Source: Eledone cirrhosa | Lineage: Eukaryota | Assembly (NCBI GenBank): GCA_964016885.1 | Contig: OZ024746.1 | Coordinates: 76,198,001 to 76,262,000 of the forward strand | DNA: 64,000 nt | Reading direction: 5' to 3' | Shown: positions 1 to 11,045 of the stretch, in pieces | How positions within the stretch are numbered: position 1 is the stretch's first letter | Layout: the number at the start of each line of letters is the position of its first letter | The notes under the pieces: generated by a model | What the model was told of the DNA's origin: nothing | The model's input: only the letters and a program-made list of their open reading frames with translations | The model's database searches: none | Program-made: the position numbers and the translations under genes

Positions 1-1245
1 ACTCCGACTCGATCCTTGTAAGAGTGATATGAGATAAAATGAATTCTTTATTGAATGACTGTCTCTTATTAATTGACTAATGTGTCTTGCACAAGGAAAC
101 TAAACGCTGTGCGGTCCAGGAATCCACGAGCCGAACACTAAGTATTAAACCACAGGCAGTTATTATGGGGTGTAGGGAGGATACTAGGCAAAACAACATA
201 CACAACCAAACTAGATTCAACTGGCAACCAAAACTCATACACTCAGCGCGTGTCCCCCACTAAAACATTTAGTTTAGGACATCTATTGGCCTTAAATACT
301 ATCTGAAAAAAAGTTTCTTTTCACTCTCTTTGTATCTCTGAACCCCTCCTCTTTCTCCTGTACTGAAAAGGTTTCTTTTCCCTCTGACTGGGTGTCTCAG
401 TCTATCTGTCTGTCGCTTTCTCTTTTTTTTTGTTTCTCTCTCATTCTCTCCACACCCCTTCTCTCTCTCTCTCTCTCTCTCTCACTCTCTCTCTCTCTAT
501 ATATATCTATCTATCTATCTATCTATCTTTCCTGCAGATAATATGTATCTTTTGGCCTTTTGACCTTTCCTTAACAACTTGGTCTTTTGACTACGGATGT
601 CAACAAGCAGGAGAATCGAATGACCTCGTTTAACGCTGGGGATGAAGTAAAATAGACAGCCAAGATAAAAACAGGAAAACAAGAATTTATAACAGTATAT
701 TACCTCCTCTCTCTCTCTGCATGCACTAGTTAACAGTTCTTGTGTTTGTGTAATTTATGTTAGTAACAACGGAACTAAAGATATATTATAAATGTTTTAT
801 TGATGTACACACATACACACATCATTGGACCTCCGTCGAACCCGACAACGAGTGCTGCAATTGTTCGTACAACCGAACAGCCTGTTCGTGAAATTAACGT
901 AATAGTTGGTTGGGCATTTCATAGGCACGTGTGCCCTTAATGTAGTTTTCGAGCAACATGAAGGATAAGAACCACCGCACCACCACGAATCAAACTCACG
1001 ACTATAAGCTGAACTCCCTATTAACACTAAATCACGCGCCAACACACTTTACTGATTATTAAATGCCTGTTTTTGATAACATAAACTCTACGTATTATTT
1101 TGTTTTGTTTATTACCAAACCTTTGATGCTAGCATCATTCTACTCTTCAATCTTTTGCCAAGAAAGCTCTTAATGTTCTCTCACTCCATGCTTTGCATCC
1201 AATTCACTCTGCTCCACAAAATCCTAGCAAACGACGCCCCTCCCC

Positions 1246-1294
<49 letters not shown>

Positions 1295-1355
1295 GTATGT
1301 ATGTATGTATGTATGTATGTATGTATGTATGTATGTATGTATGTATGTATGTATG

Positions 1356-2740
1356 TTTTTCTGGTTTTATAATTTCACAAATTTTTCCCAATAGAGAGAG
1401 AGTCGGTTTCTAACATAGACACAAGACTCTCTCATTGGAATTTACACAACATCAACTAGGTAGATATGTATGTATGCATGCATGTGAAGATATGGATGTT
1501 ATTGTGTGTGTGAATGTGGATGTTTTGAGTTGTATGTGTGCATGTGTATATGCTTTGTATCTGTACATGTGTATATGCAGTTATTAGATGCACATTTTTT
1601 GGAATGTTTTACATATTTTTACTGTTCCATTAATGGATTGTACTTGTAATTTCCTAACTAGTTGTGTTCTTTCTGTTCCTGTGAAGCCTAGCTTCTCAAG
1701 ATCTGTATTGAGGCAGTTACTAACATATCCCAGTGCCCCAATAATCACAGGCATAAATCTGAAGGTGTAATCAGGATGGAGTATCTGCATATTTCTCATC
1801 AGTTCTGCATAAATATTCTCCTTTTCACTAATCTTTGATGTTATATTGGCATCTGCTGGGCAGCTAATTTCCACTACTGTGCATGCTTTCTTCTCCCTGT
1901 CCCATATCATATAATCTGGTCTGTTATGCCTGCATTTTATTGGGGGGTTTTTATGGAACATTCCACCAGTACTCTTTCATATTATGTACATGGATGTCTT
2001 CCATATTGCTGTAGCTTTTAATGTGTTTATTATCGGGGCTATCTTTTTTTACGAACTGCATTGTACAGTGTTTTGGCCACTCCATCATGCCTCATAGGTA
2101 GATAGTACCGCGATGACATCTTTGGACAGCTGCTGATGACATGGGTGATATCCTCGACGTTAGTTCTGCAGAGTCTGCACTTGTTATCACATCTAGGTGT
2201 TTTGCCTACATCGCTATCTCTTTTGTGAATCAGGTATTTCGTGTTAATCTCCTGTTCTTGGATTGCAAAAGCGTATCCTTCAAAGTGGGAGACAATATAG
2301 CGGTTGTTGGTCCAAGATAGACTACTTTCCTTATCTATATTACTCTCACTCTGGAGCTTCATGGCAACATATCCATGTATGATTTTTTGCTGATAAGCAT
2401 GCAGTCTTTCATCCATGGATTCACTGCGATACTGCTGAGCGACTTCTCTGGGTGTGAGTTTTTGATTATCACACAGGGAATATCTCTCGAGGAGTTCCTT
2501 CCCAACTCTCATGATCTTATCTGTTTCATGCAGATAGACTTGCTCGAGAAACGGGCTCCTACGCTTCGAGGTTCGTAGATGTTGTCGGAGAGATATGATG
2601 CGACATTCAAATGTTGTCTGGGCTGATGTTAGGCCTCTGCCTCCCTGCTTACGTTTCAAGTAAAGGCGGTCTATGTTACTGTTGATGTGGAAGTTTCCAG
2701 TGTTGTTTAGTATGTTTCGAGTTCCAACATCAACTGCTCG
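1356..2740 (-). mobile_element. 5'-truncated R4/Dong-like non-LTR retrotransposon (RT C-terminus, CCHC knuckle, restriction-like endonuclease), frameshifted
   Basis: RLYLKRKQGGRGL; CRLC..EDITHVISSC; RPDYMIWD..VVEISCP; frameshifts at about 1960-2045; (TATG)n on both sides. Confidence 0.85.
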
Positions 2741-2813
2741 TATGTATGTATGTATGTATGTATGTATGTATGTATGTATGTATGTATGTATGTATGTATG
2801 TATGTATGTATGT

Positions 2814-3476
2814 TTTCTCTTTCTCTTAATTTCGAGTATATTTTTTTGACCGGCCACCTTCCTGGTGGCAAGGTTGTAAACGAAAAGAAATTGTCATCCC
2901 TTGAATCGCAAGAATGTTTTGCAAATTTTGAAGGTGCCAGCTATCGCAGCCATTTGTAGACTATGAATTAGGGAGCTGCGCTTTTTGTCCGCAAATCCAA
3001 GTTCAGTCATACTTTGGTCCAAGCGGGTTGGTATATAACCCGTAGCACCAATAATGATGGGTATGAAGCTAAAGGTGTATCTTGGATACTGGATTTGTAA
3101 ACTCCTCATCAATGGTCCGTAGATGTCCTCTTTCTCCTGTATTTTTCTGACAACGTTTACATCAAGTGGGCAGCTGATCTCCACAACAGAACACGTTTTC
3201 AATGTGTGGTCCCAAACTACAATATCAGGCCGGTTGTGCTTTAATTTGGTGGCAGTTTTTATTTTCAGGTTCCACCAGTATTCCTTAGTGCCATCTGTCT
3301 CAATATATTCTTCCTCGTTTGTTGTTAATTTTGTTTTCCGAAGTGCGTTCCAGATGGTTCTAGCTATCCCATCGTGTCTCATGGGGAGGTAGTAGCGAGA
3401 TGACATTCTTTCGCAGCTGGCAACAATGTGGCTTACATCCTCGATCTTTGTTTTACATAGCCTACATTTATAGCCT
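2814..3476 (-). mobile_element. Second, distinct R4/Dong-like 3' fragment (RLE domain)
   Basis: YYLPMRHD, EYWWN, RPDIVVWD..VVEISCP; (TATG)n on both sides. Confidence 0.85.
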
Positions 3477-3588
3477 ATGTATGTATGTATGTATGTATGT
3501 ATGTATGTATGTATGTATGTATGTATGTATGTATGTATGTATGTATGTATAAATGTATGTATGTATGTATGTATGTATGTATGTATGT

Positions 3589-4228
3589 TATGTCAGGTCA
3601 CCAGTTGGTCATCAGTTGGTGCTACTGGTAACATGTATCCCAGTACAACCTGTCTCATGGTCGGGTCGTTGGCGACTAAACTGGCAACCCCACCAAGGTT
3701 TCTTGGTGAGGAGGGTGACTTTGGACATCCTGCAGGACTAAAAACAAGACCTGTCAAAGGGCAAAGGAGCTCTTAAGAGTCAATGGCCATCCAAAATCAC
3801 AGGGAGAGATGACCCCTTAGCCTTTGTCAAGGCAGAATTCTAGGAGAAGGAAAACTCTGATATAACACCTGCAACCCTGATGGTATCCAATGATGTTGAC
3901 TTGTTCTTCTTTTTGGTAAATATCATCTTGGTTAAGAGAGTGGGACTGGCTTTGTGCAGTGCCTTTGCTCACTATAAAAGCTTCACGGCACAGGCATTGC
4001 TTTATATCTGGAGATATCTCTGCACTTGTCATCACATGTACCATGGGCCCAGCACTATATGTCAATAATGGTCACAAGTGGGGTATTTGTGCCAGAGTTT
4101 TCAAGTCGCTGGCTGGACTAGAAACTCACACTCGTTCAGCGCATCGGTAGGGGTTCTCCTACATGGATATAAAGTAGTGGCCGTACTCGAAAACGAGTTG
4201 GCAGCCACCATGTATGTATGTATGTATG
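3589..4228 (+). mobile_element. Non-autonomous RTE-like derivative (5' UTR-like part fused to a C-terminal C2H2 remnant, (TGTA)n tail)
   Basis: Ends CARVFKSLAGLETHTRSAHR* followed by a short UTR and (TGTA)n; near-identical inverted copy at 34970-35582. Confidence 0.65.
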
Positions 4229-6739
4229 TGGGCGGCGAATTGGCAGAGTCGTTAGAACGTCGGATAGAATGTTTTATGGTATTCGTTCCGGCTTTCTGCT
4301 CTCCGAGTTCAAATCCCATCGAGGTCAACTTTGCCTTTCATCCTTTGGTGATAGATAAAAGTACCAGTCTAGTACTGGGGTGGATTCTTCCTCTATATCT
4401 CTTTCTCATTTCCTCTCTCTCACTTTCTCTCTTTCCCTGGAAGGCTTAAAAATGCTCAAGAAACGCTGTATGTCAATACTCTCGATTGAAACCGGAACTC
4501 ACAAGCTATATATATATAGTAATTATTTATCATAATCTCCCCTAGAATTAGGAATAGTTAGCAAGCAAATACAAGAGGTAATGATTACTCTTAGAGTAAA
4601 GTATTCGTTGGTTGCATGATAAATTCCCACGGTTTGACATCAGGGATTTTTATCTTTCGATCATTAAGCGTCTTCTTGTCAAAGCTCTGAACTTCATGAA
4701 TACAATCACGCCAATTACCCTGACTGACTGGCATGGCATAGAGTTATAGCCCTTTATGTTCTGAGTTCAAATCCGACCGAGGTTAACTTTGTCTTTCATC
4801 CTTACGGGGTCGATAAAATCAAGCACCACTGGGATAATTGCTGGCCTTGTACCAAAAGTAGAAACAATATAATTATACAGGTAAATAAAAATGAAGATGA
4901 ATTATTTGAAGTCGCTATAGGTGTATATGAAGCTCGCTTATGTGATCTTAAAATAATTTTGCATAAATTATTTCTGCAGTACGAGGTGTGATGAACTTTT
5001 AGACAAATATGAGTGGACATAAGCTAGCAAGATTTAGAAAAGACTTAATAAAACTATTTTCTGAAAGAGGATTATATATTACCATGGACACATCTTACTA
5101 TAGTTAACTTTTTAGTCATCACATTGAATCTAAATAAAATCTTCTTAGATATTATCATAAGCCTAATGAGAAATTTTTTTTATATAAATAAAACTTCAAA
5201 TGAAGTCACGTTCATTAGTGTATTTAATTATTATAATGTTGTTATTGTTGGACCTACGTCGCTTTCGACGACAAATGTTCCAGTTGTTCGAACAACAGAA
5301 TAGCCTCGGTCCATTTTTCTAGCGGAGTGGATTACAGCAAGATTAACTAAAGCGTCTTGATCAAGGCCAAAACGCGTCGCTGGGAACTGAACTTACGATC
5401 GTGGGCCGAACACCCTAACCACTAAACTACGTTATTGACTCATGAAAATAATAATTAAGACAAAGCAGAAAATGGCAGAGTCGTTAGGACGTCGGTTAGA
5501 ATTCTTTACGGTATTCATCCCACCTCATTGCACGCTTTACGTTCAAATCCCTCCGTGGTCAACTTTGCCTTTCATCCTTTCGAGGTCGATAAAAAAAGTA
5601 CCAGTCCAGTACTGGGGTCGATTCTTCCTCTATAGAAAATATCGGCTGTGTTCAGACCTGGAGATGGTTGGGTTCCGCCAGGTTTAAAAGTGCCCTAGAC
5701 ACGCCGTATGACGGTGCATCTTTATATATTCTGGAGGTGTGGTCAATAGTGGGCCTTGAAACCTTGGGTAGTGTTTGTGTTCCATGTATGAACATAAATA
5801 AATGATATAATATTTCAGCTCTCGTCCCGATTAATTACTGTTTTCCTTTTTCACACCTACAGATATTGTTACACACACACACATATATATAAAATTTATA
5901 TTTGTTTTCTTTCACAGGAGGGCAACGTTTCTGCGTGGTGGAAGAAATATCTTGAAGAACAACTAATGATGACACGAATAACACAACCACCAATATAGTA
6001 ACTTATCATTTTTTAATTATAACTATGGTCATTGCTCTCTCATGCGAAAGTGTGTTCTTTCAAGTGTGACAGATTCAACTGAGGCTATTTTCTTACGGTG
6101 ATGTCATTTATTTTTCTAAGATAATGATGTCATTATTAAATTTACGGTAGCAATATTTATCTGTGTTCTGACAAATCAATTAGATAAAAATAGCTACAAT
6201 GATCTTTTATGTTTTTTATTAACTCCTTCTGATATCAAACCGCCTAGTTCTAAATTGCAAACCTCTTCATTTTAAAATGTTTATATCTATGTAAAAGCGG
6301 ACCGGCATAATTTTATATACAAATCTTTGCTGCGTTATGTTCAAAGCGACAGATAAATAACAAAAAAAATTGTTATATTACTAATTCTCTTAAAATTCTT
6401 TATTATTTTCAAATTAGGTAATGTCTTTCATTAGAAATACGGTAACTAAAGGGTTTTGATGGTCTGTCCTGTAGGTTTTACATATACCAGAATTGTTCAC
6501 CGAAGCCGGGTTCTGTTAAGCGTTCAGTATTTGGATTGCTTCAACATAGAGCGGTACTTCACAGGGTCAGATTGAATTATCACCTATTGGAACCGTTTCG
6601 AATCACATGCTTGGTCCGTTAACGGCGTCTTCTCTAATCTCTTCTGTAAGTACTGATCCCCGATTCACTATTGCGGAAATTAGGGGTGTTGAGGCAGTGG
6701 CATAGCGTGGGATTTAGTGCGGTAGCCAAATTGGCCGAC

Positions 6740-7010
6740 ACCCGTCTAGAAACGTAATAAACATACCTTCGACTACAACAAGTACACGCGGTTCGCACAG
6801 ACTCCTCTACTCCGCGCCATTGTGGTGAGGGGCATTCCGTTTGAATTGAGAGGTGGAAGAGCTGTGTCAGTATATGCGGACGACGGACTAGTAATGTTGT
6901 CGGACACCACGGAAGTTGTTGGTGATCGGTTCTGTTCTAAAAGACTATGTGACGATCACAGGGGCAGATTAACCTGAAAACGTCAGTAGGGCTGCAACAC
7001 GATACCTAGA
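6740..7010 (+). mobile_element. Decayed Tx1/L1-clade RT remnant
   Basis: GTGTCAGTATATGCGGACGAC (VSVYADD) and CAGTAGGGCTGCAAC match 39450-39600. Confidence 0.6.
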
Positions 7011-7538
7011 CAACTAAACAAGTACTAGACTAAGTGCTAGAGAACTTTAAATATTTCTACCAGTAAAAAGAATCTTTTCACCTTAGATTATGATTTTTGA
7101 ATACTTAAGAGTTTGAGTAATCATATTTTTTTGGTGTAGACTTATTTTTTTAAAGATTTGTTTTATTAAATAAATAATTGTTTCTACTTTAGGCACAAGG
7201 CCAGCAATTACCCAGTACATTACTGGTACTTTATTTTATCGACCCCGTAAGGATGAAAGGCAAAGTTAACCTCGGCGGGATTTGAACTCAGACCGTAAAG
7301 GGACGTAACTATGCTGGAAAGCATGGCGTCCGACCCTCTACCGATACTGCCAATTTTGCAATACAAAAATGAAATATGAAATATGAAACATTGCAGTTAT
7401 TTCCCTTATTATATTCGTAAATTTATATAGTAATTACTTCCCTTGCTATATTCGTAAATTCATATAGCAATTACCTCCCTTACATTTGTTGTTGATAATA
7501 TATTTGGCGAAAGGAATTTAGTCAATTTTATCGACCTA

Positions 7539-8374
7539 CTAGCAGTAAAGCCCGGCGTTGCTCGGGGTCGCTCAGTAGCTGTGTTAAAGTTACAATGTTA
7601 AGTTTCTTTCTTGGCTTAAAAACTGTAGTGTCTACTGTGCAGACTTGCATGTGGTGTTTTTAATTAATATTCCCTCAACCAACAATATGCCTTATGAAGT
7701 TAAGAAAACATAACGATAACCCGAATGTTATAACAAAAGAGGATGCTGGGGATAGAAACTGCACTGGTTATTTATTAACAAAGATCGAAAATGTAAACAC
7801 TGCAACGCAGAGAAAAACATTAGCGAAACCAAATTATCAGTTATGTCTGTCTGCACGCCTATATCACCTCTCTGCACGACTGTCTGTCTGCACGCCTATA
7901 TCACCTCTCTGCACGACTGTCTGTCTGCACGCCTATATCACCTCTCTGCACGACTGTCTGTCTGCACGACTGTCTGTCTGCACGCCTAACGACGAAATAT
8001 TTGCTTGTTTTACGTAGTCTTTAAATAGACTTGTTTTCAAGTAAAAATATTGTTTTAAAATGCTTTTAAATGGAAATGAAGCAAAACGGAGTCATTTTAA
8101 ACGCTGAGAAAGCCAGCGTAATTTTTTACGTAAGACGCTCAATGTAAACAGAACAAAGGGAAATAACTGATAACTTACGCTCAAAAATCGATACATTATA
8201 TTCGATTTCGTCACATAGGGTGGGTCAATTTGAAATTTTTTTTTTTCCGATGTCTTCGCTAGGGCTCAATGTACAAGTATAGCAATTTCGGTGCAATTCC
8301 GTGAGAGATTCTAAGAGGAGATGTGTGCCAAAAATCGATAGACAGACAGACAACCACAGTTTTATATATATAGA
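7539..8374 (-). mobile_element. Non-autonomous Helitron
   Basis: On the minus strand: A|TCTATATATATAAAA 5' end with (GTCT)n; 3' hairpin CCCGAGC-AAC-GCCGGG, then CTAG|T; internal 37-bp minisatellite. Confidence 0.75.
7844..7987. repeat. 37-bp minisatellite (CTGTCTGTCTGCACGCCTATATCACCTCTCTGCACGA), about 3.5 copies
   Basis: Direct periodicity of 37 nt. Confidence 0.9.
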
Positions 8375-8436
8375 TAGATGCTATATCCAGCAACTGGCTT
8401 TTTGAAATATCCTTCATGCGACACTTTTTTTCGTTA

Positions 8437-8750
8437 AATGGCTTAGTGGTACGTTGTTCAGTTAAAGATCGTATAGTCGTAAGTTCGATTCACAGCAGCG
8501 CGTTGTGCCCTGAGCAAGACACTTTGTTTCACGTTACTCCTGTCCTCTCAGCTGTGGAAAAAAATGGGTTATATGTCTGTAATTCCAAAGGGTCACTTTT
8601 GGCATACACTGTATCACGCTGAATCTCCCTGAGAATTACGTTAAGTGTACACGTATCTTGGAATGCTCAGCCACTTGCACGTAAATGCTATGAGCAGGCT
8701 GTTCCACTCAACTGAAGTACTTGTCATCAGAACTGACAGATATCTAACAA
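8437..8750 (+). mobile_element. Second tRNA-derived SINE family (GTGTCCTTGAGCAAGACACTT core), representative copy
   Basis: A box TGGCTTAGTGG, B box GTTCGATTC; other copies at about 33900, 34318, 41315, 58320 and in reverse at about 13150-13380 and 17150-17420. Confidence 0.7.
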
Positions 8751-9154
8751 CTATGTGGAATGGAATGAATCTGTGAAATTAACACTGATTACTAATACAC
8801 TTAATGAGCAGTTTGAAATGGGGCTTTATCAAGACTGACGCTAGGCTATGTAGTATCCTATGGAAACCCCACAGTGTGTGTCCCTCACCTTCACCCAATT
8901 ATGCAAATAAAATAATTTCAATTTTCAGTTTAGGAAGCTGATAAACCTAGTTTTTACATTTCGTGCTCTCACCACACTAAGAAAATCACTAAGCTTGGAT
9001 TTCCCACTACACAGTCCATGCTCCTCCATGTCAAATCATATTACAGATTATACGACCTTGTTCACCATTTTTGATAATATGACAAAGCTGCTACATAGCA
9101 AAAAATGCTTACTGATTTATGTATATATTCATTCATTATGTATTTAATACTTAG

Positions 9155-9345
9155 GGCAGTGGATTGGCAGTATCAGTAGAGGGTCGGACGCCATGCTTTG
9201 ACGCATAGAGTTACGGCCCTTGCCATTCTCAGTTCAAATCCCACCGAGGTTAACTTTGCCTTTCATCCTTACCGGGTCGATAAAATAAAGTACCAGTAAA
9301 GTACTGAGTAATTGCTGGCCTTGTGCCAATAGTAGAAACAATTAT
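9155..9345 (+). mobile_element. tRNA-derived SINE with Nin/Deu-like core (representative copy)
   Basis: B-box-like GTTCAAATCC and core TTTGCCTTTCATCCTT..GGGTCGATAAAATAAAGTACC; other copies at about 4230, 4730, 5470, 7175(-), 10040(-), 10365, 15510, 16046, 17445, 57400, 60497(-). Confidence 0.75.
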
Positions 9346-9647
9346 GTATTTAATACTTTTATACACTTATACAAAATTCTGAAGTCTGCGCCATAGGTGG
9401 TTATCTAGTTGGCCTTAAATGCTGACCCTGCAGTTATTTACACTGCAATTCAATGTGGAAGCAGTTCAGTTGTTGTGACTTTTGTAAGTAATGCATTTTT
9501 CTTTAAATCAGTTTCTTTGTCAATGTGTCATCTTCATATTCTGAGGTGGGTGGGGTGGGTGGGGGGGGGGTCATTAAAACGTTCAAATTCCACCAAGATC
9601 AACTTCTCCTTTCAAGAATGATGAAGTGCCTTTTAATATTGGGGGCC

Positions 9648-9747
<100 letters not shown>

Positions 9748-10750
9748 GTGCATGTATGTAAATAAGCAAATAGGACTGTCAAATACTTAATTCTGTAACA
9801 AACACAAAGTAATCACTGAATGTCCCAACACATAAATAATACACTCATTTAAACAAACCCAACTATAAACTAAACATTTATCTAAGACATCATCCACAAT
9901 TCCTATCCCAGACATCATCCATATTTCCCGACTCATACTCTGTAAACCAACAAACCTGCTCTAAATACCAATATGGAGAAGACAGACTTTTTCAAACTGC
10001 AGCTGTCATATTATGTAGTTTCTGTATAATAATTATTTATATTTTAGGCACAAGGCCAGCAATTACCCAGTACATTACTGGTACTTTATTTTATCGACCC
10101 CGTAAGGATGAAATGCAAAGTTAACCTCGGCCGGATTTGAACTCAGATCGTAAAGGGACGTAACTATGCTGGAAAGCATGGCGTCCGACCCTCCACCGAT
10201 ACTGTCAGTTCACCGATAATAATAAATAATATTTATTATTATCTGCAGCGACTACAACCCATACACATGACCAACAGGTAACTTTATTCAAAACACTAGA
10301 GTGTATGTATGTGGGAGGGAAATATTCATGTTTCTCAGTATGAGAACAATTATATCTAAGATTAAGGGCAGTGTATTAGCAGAATCACTTTAGCATCAGA
10401 CAAAATGCTTCAAGGTGTCTAATTACAGATCTTTGCATCCCATAGAGGTCATTTTTGCCTTTCATCCTTCCGGAGTCGATAAAATGAAGTATGAGTCAAG
10501 TACTGACTGAGTCGATAATATCAACTTTCCCTTCTCACCAAATTACTGACCTTGTGTCAATATTAGTAACCATCATATCTAAGATAAGATACAAAATACT
10601 ATTATTAAATAAACTATGAAATATTATTTCTTTCATTTTATCTCAACTGCTTTGTTTATGTTTTTATTATAATTATTATCTTTAAAACATTAAATGAAAT
10701 AAATTCTTCTTTACTTCGGAACTAGAAAAAAAATTTTTTTTCATTTTTGA

Positions 10751-11045
10751 TTTGCATCCTACTTGCATAAACTGTTCGATTTTTTGTTTTTGTGGGAATA
10801 TTTATAAAGAAACATTCTATTGAATACACATTCTAGTCTTGAATAAGATTATGTTGGAATTATAAGAGTGAAAAAAGGCCAAGAAACATATGTTCTTGTG
10901 ATAATTGATTTACTAGTCAATGATGTTAACTATGAAAAACATGTATCCAGCTGGCCAGATAGAATTGGTTCAACATTACCAAAAAAAAAGCTTCTATTGT
11001 ATTGTAATAACGTAAACAGCCATTCGTAAGGTATCAAGAATCTTG
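10751..11045 (+). promoter_or_regulatory. Conserved non-coding block upstream of gene A (candidate enhancer)
   Basis: Highly similar copy at about 31655-31940, at a similar distance upstream of gene B. Confidence 0.5.

Noticed and set aside
5640-5840. Possible further hammerhead motif (CTGGAGG...GAAAC) in a Penelope-like end; similar at about 4436
   Set aside because: The core deviates from CUGANGA and the stems are not convincing by eye
9155-9345. tRNA gene call for A/B-box-containing repeats
   Set aside because: No cloverleaf; multi-copy with a shared core and tail, so these are SINEs
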